Source: a virus. From it: a DNA stretch of 64,000 nucleotides. Every line of letters starts with the position of its first letter. The stretch's first letter is position 1. This document shows, piece by piece, positions 10,135-17,555 of the stretch. The notes under the pieces were generated by a model. It ran no database searches. It was not told where the DNA came from and worked only from the letters and a program-made list of their open reading frames with translations. The stretch spans positions 64,001 to 128,000 of IMG/VR virus record IMGVR_UViG_3300045988_179268; one strand, written 5' to 3'. The position numbers and the translations under genes are program-made.

Positions 10135-12750
10135 TTAGTAGTACATGATGGGGTACTCATCAGTAGGCTCAGGCTTAGGGTTCATGATACCGTCCAGGAC
10201 GGGTTTCCTGTCCTTAGCGCCATTTACCCATTTAAGGATAGCGGCGCGCGCCTCAGCTTCCTCATCATTACTGACAGGAGGTAGAGATGCTTCATCAATG
10301 ACTTCTGATTCTACCGGGTCAGCGTTAAAGTTCGCCAGGTACCCATCAAGGGTTTCTTCGGCATCGACATACTTGTAGTGTGCGTCCACTCTATCCCACG
10401 GCGCTAGAGTGGACGCGACGTTCTTAGGCATGTTGGTGCAAATTTCACGCTTCGCAGTGTGGGCAGGGGTGTCCTGACGCGGCGCAGTATCGCTGACGGT
10501 AGTGACAGGCTTCTCCGAAGCAGGGTTCACTACAGGGCGGGCAGGCTCATGTGTGACAGTTTCTTTTACTACCTTAACGTGACGCACAGGCTGAGGCTCG
10601 GGAACACTAACAGGCACCTCGGTGACACTCTTGGGTTTTGCCGGGCGGGTAGCGCGGGTTTCAGCAATGGTGCGCTTGATGTCCTTGCCAAAGTCTTCGG
10701 TGTAGAGGACGCGGCAGTAGTAGTCGTCACCCTTGGTGTATCGGCTTCCTTCGTTGGGGTACATGTACCCGCCGGAGGGTAGCTTAATGCGGACAGGCGG
10801 GAACTTAACACCCTTCTTCCACTCATTGTAATTATTGACGGGGATGATACCAGCCTGGAGTGCGTCAGAGTATGCGTAGTGTTCCGGGGTGTCCGCGTTC
10901 AGGGTAATGATGTAGTCCTCGTCCATGTACTTCTTGAGGAAGTCTTCATCGAGAAGGTCGAAGTTAGCTACAGCAGGGTTCCTGAGTAACGCCTCAGACA
11001 TGTAAACGGTGGAGGGTGCGCCGAAGTTACTGTCCTTACGTTTCGCAGGCTCAGTCTTCGGGGTAGCTTCACTGTTAAGGCGGGGGAGTCCGTCAGTGGC
11101 TACGTGAGGCTCACTCACGGGCTTGTCCTGGTTGGAGGTGTTGTTCTGTACGGCAGGCTCCTGGATAGCGCGTGCGGGGCGTACAGTAACCGGGGTTTCC
11201 CTCGGGGTATCCATGATAGACGGCTGGTTCTTAATGGAAGCTTCCACATAAGCCTGCCAGCTATTAACCTTCTTCATGTTGCCGTTGCGTGCGGAAGCGG
11301 CGTACCTGTCAATAATAGTATCGACAATACGCTCCCAGTCTTCACTAATTGCAGGAAGATAAACGCCAACAGCGCCACTAATCTTAGTAGATAGTAACGC
11401 AAGGTCTACAGCACGGTAAATATTGCCCTTACGGGGTGCGCGGATAGGGATAAGAACCTGCTCATCCTTAGCGGCAGACTCATTCAAAGTCTCACGAGAC
11501 ACAGCGCTACGAACAGCCTTCGAAAGAGTGTCACCTTTCTTCACCGCATGAGGGCGAACAGCCTTAACACCAGAACGATACGCCTGAACCATAAAGCCAG
11601 CAAAGCCCTTACGACCTTTGCCGCCGACAAGGGACACAACATCCTCAGCACCCTCAACCATCAGCAAAGAACGCACCGCATTCACCGCATTACGGTAAAC
11701 ACTACGCATCTTATGAACAGAGGAAGAGAACACGGCGAACTGGCGTGCTAAATGCGACCACGCAACCCACACCTTCGAAGTCTTAATGTTACCGCTACGC
11801 AACGAAGCCGCACGCGCCAACACAAGCGCCAACACATCCAAAGCAACAGCCGAAGAACGAACCAGCTTACTACCCCACATACCAGCAGGAACAGCAACCA
11901 CATTACCACTGTTCACATAGTCAAAGAACTCATCCGAAACACGAACAACCATGAACCCAGACTCATTACCCTCCAAGCTATACATGATGCCCATCGAAGA
12001 ATCCTCAACATCAGCGGCAACACTGAACGCATGAAGAAGCTCCCCACGCCCACCCTCCTGCGCACGCTCAAAAACAGCAGAACGCAAACCAAGGCACATA
12101 CGGAAAGTATCAGCAAAATGGCGGTACCCCTCAGCAGATAAAGCAGGCACACCAGCCAGGCGCGCCAAAGCACGCGGCTGAGAAGGAACCACAAACTCAG
12201 CAGAACCCGTCTCCAACACGCGAGAAGCAATAAACGCTAAGATACGGCGAGCCATAACACCCGAAGGCATCTCCAGAACCTCACCACCGCTAACGCTAAG
12301 AACAGGCGAAGGGACATGCTGTACAACACGTGCCAGCGAAGAACGCTCCCACACACCCTGCTCATTAAAAGCAGAACCAGCAGAGACAGAACGCGCAGAC
12401 ACCGGCAAACCACCATGCACATAAGCAAGCGGCAACATCCAAGCATCACGCTCAACATCTACACCAAGAACATCCTCAACAGACGCAGAATCCGGTAACA
12501 GGCAACCGTCAGAGTCTACAACACCATACGGACTGTAAGAACTACCCTGTTCACGCTTATTCTCAGCATGAGCAAGAACAGCGTCCTTACGTGCCCTCAG
12601 ATACAAAGAATCACCCGTGAAAGTCTTAGCAGACTGCACAGGCACAAAAACAGACGCAGACTCAGGTTCAACAGGAACCATCACCGCGTCTTCAAAATTC
12701 TGAGAGCCCGCCTTAGCGATATTCACGTGCGCCTCCTTCCAAGGTGCCAT
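10135..12750 (-). CDS. Large chimeric protein. The N-terminal ~440 aa resemble plasmid-encoded RepA-type initiators. The C-terminal ~430 aa form a Pro/Thr/Lys-rich region plus an unknown domain.
   Basis: From memory of the plasmid-encoded RepA family: PSGVMARRILAFIASRVLETGSAEFVVP..ALARLAGV and SSAVALDVLALVLARAASL..VWVAWSHLARQF match its conserved blocks. Start taken at MAPWKEAHV (12750), not the upstream alternative start at 12795. Confidence 0.45.
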   Translation of the reverse strand: MAPWKEAHVNIAKAGSQNFEDAVMVPVEPESASVFVPVQSAKTFTGDSLYLRARKDAVLAHAENKREQGSSYSPYGVVDSDGCLLPDSASVEDVLGVDVERDAWMLPLAYVHGGLPVSARSVSAGSAFNEQGVWERSSLARVVQHVPSPVLSVSGGEVLEMPSGVMARRILAFIASRVLETGSAEFVVPSQPRALARLAGVPALSAEGYRHFADTFRMCLGLRSAVFERAQEGGRGELLHAFSVAADVEDSSMGIMYSLEGNESGFMVVRVSDEFFDYVNSGNVVAVPAGMWGSKLVRSSAVALDVLALVLARAASLRSGNIKTSKVWVAWSHLARQFAVFSSSVHKMRSVYRNAVNAVRSLLMVEGAEDVVSLVGGKGRKGFAGFMVQAYRSGVKAVRPHAVKKGDTLSKAVRSAVSRETLNESAAKDEQVLIPIRAPRKGNIYRAVDLALLSTKISGAVGVYLPAISEDWERIVDTIIDRYAASARNGNMKKVNSWQAYVEASIKNQPSIMDTPRETPVTVRPARAIQEPAVQNNTSNQDKPVSEPHVATDGLPRLNSEATPKTEPAKRKDSNFGAPSTVYMSEALLRNPAVANFDLLDEDFLKKYMDEDYIITLNADTPEHYAYSDALQAGIIPVNNYNEWKKGVKFPPVRIKLPSGGYMYPNEGSRYTKGDDYYCRVLYTEDFGKDIKRTIAETRATRPAKPKSVTEVPVSVPEPQPVRHVKVVKETVTHEPARPVVNPASEKPVTTVSDTAPRQDTPAHTAKREICTNMPKNVASTLAPWDRVDAHYKYVDAEETLDGYLANFNADPVESEVIDEASLPPVSNDEEAEARAAILKWVNGAKDRKPVLDGIMNPKPEPTDEYPIMYY

Positions 12751-13184
12751 AGACAAAAAACTTTTTACTAAAACAGCAATAGTGTAACACACCAACGCAA
12801 AACCACCAAAACTAAGAATGCTCCCTTCATAAGATGCATCCCCAACCTTGGCGACAAAACCCAGGATAACATAGAGCCATCCTCATCAGCAAATCTTGCA
12901 ACTACCGCAACAGGTGACCTTAGCCAGCGATACCTAACCACCACCTACTCTTTGCTCCGTTATTTTTAAAAAACGTCAGCAGACTAACAGCCGCCGCCTA
13001 GAACCAGCAAACCCCACAACGGCAGTGCGTAAATCCTCCAAGCCCCGCCCACAAACAAGCCAAACAATCCTCCAAAAACCGCCACCACGGGATAATCTAA
13101 TCAATAATCTATAGTGAAACCCAACAACAAGACCGCCGAACCCCTTACAGGACAAGGGAACCAGCCGCCCCCCGCACTCGTGAC

Positions 13185-13268
13185 AAACTACCAAAAAGTC
13201 ACTCAAACCCCCAAAAACTACCAAAAAGTCACTACCAAAAAACCACTCAGAAAACCCTAAAAAGTCAC
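13185..13268. repeat. Iteron-like direct repeats in the divergent intergenic region
   Basis: aaactaccaaaaagtcact occurs at 13185-13203 and 13215-13233 (30-nt period), with a partial third copy ctaaaaagtcac at 13257-13268. aaaaaccactcag occurs at 13238-13250 and 13363-13375. Nearby are ataatcta/ataatcta and atatgcgcgca/atatgccgcgca pairs. Confidence 0.5.
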
Positions 13269-13504
13269 AAGAAAAACCTGGTAGTCAAAACCTCACCCAG
13301 ATAACCTAAATAATTCCCTTAAAGCCACCCGTCAGACCCCACTGACCATTCGAATAACAGCAAAAACCACTCAGGTGCCACTTTTGCTATGGCATATGCG
13401 CGCAACAAAAATATGCCGCGCACCTTTCCGCCTTGAATAACTCAGAGTGGAACCACTAAAATGTAAATGTCCCAACAAAATACGTCTAAGGAGAAACACC
13501 GAAC

Positions 13505-13822
13505 ATGGCAACCCCACAGATTACCGTCTACAGCAAGAACAACTGCATCCAGTGCAAGCAGACCGCACGAGTGCTAGACGGTGCAGGAATCACCTATGAC
13601 ACCTACAAGGTAGACGAACAGCCCGAAAAACTGGAATACATTAAGGGACGCTACCCGAACATCATGCAAGCACCCATCGTGACCATTCGTACCGAACACC
13701 CGGAACGCTACCTCAGCCTCCCCGGAGTTAGCCAGCACGAAAGCGACAAGAACGAAATCTGCTTCGCAGGCTTTATCCCTGACGTTCTCAAGGTAGCAAT
13801 CAGCGAATCCAGCGAACAGTAA
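13505..13822 (+). CDS. nrdH: NrdH-like glutaredoxin-fold redoxin
   Basis: ITVYSKNNCIQCKQTARVLDGAGITYDTYKVD...MQAPIV matches the NrdH layout (CxQC active site, ..QAPVV). RBS AAGGAG. Confidence 0.7.
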   Translation: MATPQITVYSKNNCIQCKQTARVLDGAGITYDTYKVDEQPEKLEYIKGRYPNIMQAPIVTIRTEHPERYLSLPGVSQHESDKNEICFAGFIPDVLKVAISESSEQ

Positions 13823-13840
13823 CAGCTCCCCACACATCAC

Positions 13841-13882
13841 ATGCGGCACCCCGAAGCCATCAGGTAGGCAGGGGTGCCGCAT
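13841..13882 (+). terminator. Hairpin after the nrdH-like gene
   Basis: atgcggcacccc (13841-13852) pairs with ggggtgccgcat (13871-13882). Confidence 0.5.
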
Positions 13883-13920
13883 GACTCTCTACGCACACCC
13901 AAAAGAAAGGTTTCGGCATC

Positions 13921-14367
13921 ATGAACAATGTCCCGCCACTCATCCTTGTCGGATACACCGCCCTCACCAACTCCATCAGCAATACCCTCACCTCTATGGC
14001 GGTCACAAACCGCCAAATTGAAGACTGGGCTTCCCAAACCGGGAACGGTAAAAACCGCACCCTTGCCACTAAAGCCGCCGAAGCCACCAATAAGATGAAG
14101 AATCTGCTAGAAGTTACTCAGCCTAAACAGGAAGCCGCCCACCGCGACCACCTGGAGCACGCCTCCCAAGAGCAACAGCAGGAAGACGGAAAGTCCACCG
14201 AAGAACTCATGGTCTTCAACAACCAGTACGACACCATCTTCAACGAATGGAGCCAGGTAGTCGAACAATGGGAAGAAACAAAGAAAGCTAAGCCAGCCAC
14301 GAAAGACGGTCTTCCAGCCCGATTCGGCTACGTCTGCCGACGACATGACTTCGGCACCTACTGCTAA
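13921..14367 (+). CDS. Hypothetical protein; start uncertain
   Basis: ORF with Gln/Glu-rich centre. No motif recognised. Confidence 0.4.
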   Translation: MNNVPPLILVGYTALTNSISNTLTSMAVTNRQIEDWASQTGNGKNRTLATKAAEATNKMKNLLEVTQPKQEAAHRDHLEHASQEQQQEDGKSTEELMVFNNQYDTIFNEWSQVVEQWEETKKAKPATKDGLPARFGYVCRRHDFGTYC

Positions 14368-14410
14368 ACCACCACACTAACCGCCACCCTCCAGTAAAAA
14401 GGAAACGCAG

Positions 14411-16177
14411 ATGCGCTACAGCCAAGAACTCATCCAGAAAGTACGTGAAGCACACGACATCATCGACGTGTTCCAAAACGCCTTCCGCAACACCAAGAAC
14501 ACAGACGTTCAAATGAGTGGCGTAAACGGCAAAGCTCTCTGCCCCTTCCACGATGAAAACACCCCCTCATTCAACCTAAACACCGTAACTGGCACATACC
14601 ATTGCTTCGGATGCGGCGAATCCGGCGACGTTATCAGCCTCATCATGGAAACCAACGGCGGCAACTTCACTGACGCTATTGAGTACCTGGCAGAAACAGC
14701 GCAACCACCTATCGAGCTACCCAAAAGAAACTCCGACGAAGGCAACGTCACCAGCAATCGCCGCCTCAAAGAAATCACCGCCGCCGCATGGGACTTCTAT
14801 GTCAAGCAATACGCTAACCTGCCTGAGAGCCACCCTGCAAAAGCTCAGGTCACTAAGCGCGCCCTCAACCCAAACCTACCTCACTACGGATATGCCCCCG
14901 GCGGTAACGCACTCACCAAACACCTCACCCAAACCTACACTCCCCACGAGCTAACCCTCGCCGGAGTCTGCGCCCAAAACAAAGACACGGGCGAACTTTA
15001 CGACTTCTGGCGTGACCGCTTGATGTTCGCCATAACAGACATGCACGGAACCCCCGTATCATTCACCGGGCGCGCCCTCAACCCGGACGAAGAACGAAAA
15101 TATGTGAACGGACGCGCAACCCCCATCTTCGAAAAAGAAAAACTTCTCTATAACCCTAACATCGCTCACGCCAACCAGACCGCCCGAGCAACAAAAACCT
15201 GCTACATCGTAGAAGGACAGTTTGATGTCATCTCAATGTACGACAACGGATACACCAATGTGTACGCAACCAGTGGTACAGCCATCACCAACCAGCACAT
15301 CAAAACCCTGCAACGACTAACCGGCGAAACGGGGAACATTATCTACATTCTCGACGGCGACAAAGCAGGAATGAAAGCAACCGCCGCCGCATACCACACT
15401 GCCCCACACGCACAAGCGCAGTCGTGGGCAGTAACCATGCCCCCAAACATCGACCCATGCGACTACCTCCAACAATACGGTCAAACCAACTTCACCAAAC
15501 ACCTCAACACCGCAATCCAGCCGCTCACCAGCGCCGCCCTCAACTACTACGCGAACATCTACAGCCCAACCGCGTTCAACACCCAAACCGCGTTCCTCAC
15601 CGAAGCCGCAAAAATGCTCGCCAACACGCCAACACCAGCCATCAAACAACTCATCATCAACACCACCGCCCAATACACCCACACCAACACCTATCAAGCA
15701 GAAAAAACACTCGAACAACGCGCAACCCAAAACCGTAAACCCACAACTGAAATACCATACGAAGGAAGCGACAACACCACTATCACACACCAGTGGAAAA
15801 CACCCAACGACGAAACGGCATACCATACCACCAAAACCCTCATCGATGCGGGTGACAAACAAACCCTCGCCGCCCGCAAACTACTACACCTCGCCCTCTA
15901 CTACGGCGCATCCCAACGACTAATCCAACCAGAATCCTGGCAAGAACTACCCGCAACCATCCACCAGCTATACAACGAAGCCGTGACACTCTACCAAGAA
16001 GGAAAAACACTACACCCCGACAACTTCACTAACCCACCACTAGCAACCCTACTAGTAGCACCCACCCAAGCGGACAGCACCCATCTCACACCTGAACAAG
16101 TCACACGTGAGTTCGACACAACCCTCAAGATGCTGACCCGCGCAAATATCCGCAAACGCAAAACAGTCCAACGCTAA
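14411..16177 (+). CDS. DnaG-type DNA primase (CHC2 zinc finger + TOPRIM) with a Thr/Gln/Asn/Pro/His-rich C-terminal half
   Basis: CHC2 finger CPFHDENTPSFNLN..YHCFGCGESGDVISLI. TOPRIM YIVEGQFDVISMY ... ILDGDKAGMKA. Confidence 0.85.
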   Translation: MRYSQELIQKVREAHDIIDVFQNAFRNTKNTDVQMSGVNGKALCPFHDENTPSFNLNTVTGTYHCFGCGESGDVISLIMETNGGNFTDAIEYLAETAQPPIELPKRNSDEGNVTSNRRLKEITAAAWDFYVKQYANLPESHPAKAQVTKRALNPNLPHYGYAPGGNALTKHLTQTYTPHELTLAGVCAQNKDTGELYDFWRDRLMFAITDMHGTPVSFTGRALNPDEERKYVNGRATPIFEKEKLLYNPNIAHANQTARATKTCYIVEGQFDVISMYDNGYTNVYATSGTAITNQHIKTLQRLTGETGNIIYILDGDKAGMKATAAAYHTAPHAQAQSWAVTMPPNIDPCDYLQQYGQTNFTKHLNTAIQPLTSAALNYYANIYSPTAFNTQTAFLTEAAKMLANTPTPAIKQLIINTTAQYTHTNTYQAEKTLEQRATQNRKPTTEIPYEGSDNTTITHQWKTPNDETAYHTTKTLIDAGDKQTLAARKLLHLALYYGASQRLIQPESWQELPATIHQLYNEAVTLYQEGKTLHPDNFTNPPLATLLVAPTQADSTHLTPEQVTREFDTTLKMLTRANIRKRKTVQR

Positions 16178-16180
16178 AAC

Positions 16181-16237
16181 GCTCAAATGGGGCTGGTCTA
16201 CAAGTAGCTAAAACTTGTAGACCAGCCCCATTTGAGC
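16181..16237. terminator. Bidirectional hairpin between convergent genes
   Basis: 25-bp perfect stem: gctcaaatggggctggtctacaagt (16181-16205) with acttgtagaccagccccatttgagc (16213-16237); 7-nt loop. Confidence 0.7.
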
Positions 16238-16246
16238 GTATAAAAA

Positions 16247-17440
16247 TTAACGCATCAGCTTAGCGACAGCAACAACTGCATCCACATATTCGTCGCCCAA
16301 ACGTCCATACTCGATAGGGCGAACCATGCCAAACCAAGCAGAAGGAGTCTCTAGGAACCTTACGACCTTCTCCGGTGCCCAACTCAACGCAGATAACTCC
16401 TGAATCAGCCGCGCCGCCGCTGGGCAAATCAGCCATGCATCCACAAATCCATCCATCTCATTTAGAATAGGGGAGAAATTGCACCGCGCAAACTCATACT
16501 CACCATCGACAACATTCATAACAAGCAACTCGCCACGGTCACCCATGCGCCTAACCTCATCAACACTTGCCCCTAAAAGGCGAGATACAGTCCTCTCACT
16601 AACCCAACACAAACTCCAATCAGAAGCCTTCCTGCCAGTGTCCTTGGCGCGGCTAAGTAAAACACTTTCCTGCATATGAAGAGCGTCCGCGACCTGCTCA
16701 AAAGCGTAATCATCGAAGCCGCCGCCAGCAGTCTCAACCACCAAAGCGTCAGCGTTAAACCCAGTGCCAACCAACGCCCTAACAATGCCCGGATTCGGGA
16801 CGTTACCCACCGACGTTACCCGCCAACGCCTTACAGATGAATCGGTGTGCCAAGCCAAAATATGCGCATACACATCAGCGATAACCAACGTCCTCAAATC
16901 CTTATCGCCAGACATCAAAAGCTCAGCTGGAGTGAGGAACCCGTAATCATCCTTCGGGTCAAACAAAAACGAAACAGCCTCCGCCACAGGAACGCCACTA
17001 CGAGCCAAAATCTCAGAACACTCAAATAACTCAGGGTAGAAAACCTCCATGCCCTCACCACAACAAGAGAACTGAGCACGAGGAAACACCAAGCCGCCAG
17101 CCTCTTCGCACTCTTTACCAAGGATGCTACCGTCGTGGTACAAGCGCATCACAACATCCTCAGGCACCCCACGCCCCTTCAAACTATCAACAGTCTCAGC
17201 ATATTTAGACAACTCCAACTCAAAACTCCAAGAATGGGCACCGCCACCCCAAGAATCCCTCAAACGAGAGCTAATCCACTCAGCAGGAAGCCCTAACAAC
17301 TCCACAGCAGGCGCAATATTCGCATACTGCCAATCCACGTCCGGCACCTTCACCAGCCCCAAAGAACGCAACCTCAAAATATCCTCAGCCTTAGGGAACT
17401 TAAAACCCTCAATGTTCCTGTTAAAAACGTCATAAAGCAC
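16247..17440 (-). CDS. Hypothetical protein, possibly a DNA-binding regulator (HTH-like segment plus two Xre-antitoxin/DUF2384-like C-terminal-type segments)
   Basis: SERTVSRLLGASVDEVRRMGDRGELLV resembles excisionase/MerR-type HTH. FLETPSAWFGMVRPIEYGRLGDEYVDAVVAVAKLM and FLFDPKDDYGFLTPAELLMSGDKD resemble DUF2384 ends. All weak. Divergent from the T4SS operon. Confidence 0.3.
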   Translation of the reverse strand: MLYDVFNRNIEGFKFPKAEDILRLRSLGLVKVPDVDWQYANIAPAVELLGLPAEWISSRLRDSWGGGAHSWSFELELSKYAETVDSLKGRGVPEDVVMRLYHDGSILGKECEEAGGLVFPRAQFSCCGEGMEVFYPELFECSEILARSGVPVAEAVSFLFDPKDDYGFLTPAELLMSGDKDLRTLVIADVYAHILAWHTDSSVRRWRVTSVGNVPNPGIVRALVGTGFNADALVVETAGGGFDDYAFEQVADALHMQESVLLSRAKDTGRKASDWSLCWVSERTVSRLLGASVDEVRRMGDRGELLVMNVVDGEYEFARCNFSPILNEMDGFVDAWLICPAAARLIQELSALSWAPEKVVRFLETPSAWFGMVRPIEYGRLGDEYVDAVVAVAKLMR

Positions 17441-17555
17441 AGCAAATATCCTCTCAAAACAACAACGTTAAGCCACTCACATTGTACCAAATACGCCATT
17501 CGCGCTATAGGGAAAACAGGATAAGAAATGTCGAAGTAGCGAAAGTAAGGATGGA

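Noticed and set aside
12976-13224. 82-aa minus-strand ORF in the repA-nrdH intergenic region
   Set aside because: The product is Gly/Val/Leu/Arg-rich. It overlaps the iteron-like repeats and has no RBS. It is more plausibly non-coding origin DNA.
13185-13268. CRISPR array
   Set aside because: There are only two full and one partial 19-nt repeats at 30-36 nt spacing, and no cas genes. This is better explained as iterons.
15317-15862. 181-aa minus-strand ORF opposite the primase gene
   Set aside because: The Gly/Val/Cys/Phe-rich product is what the complement of an A+C-rich strand yields. The primase frame carries clear CHC2/TOPRIM motifs.
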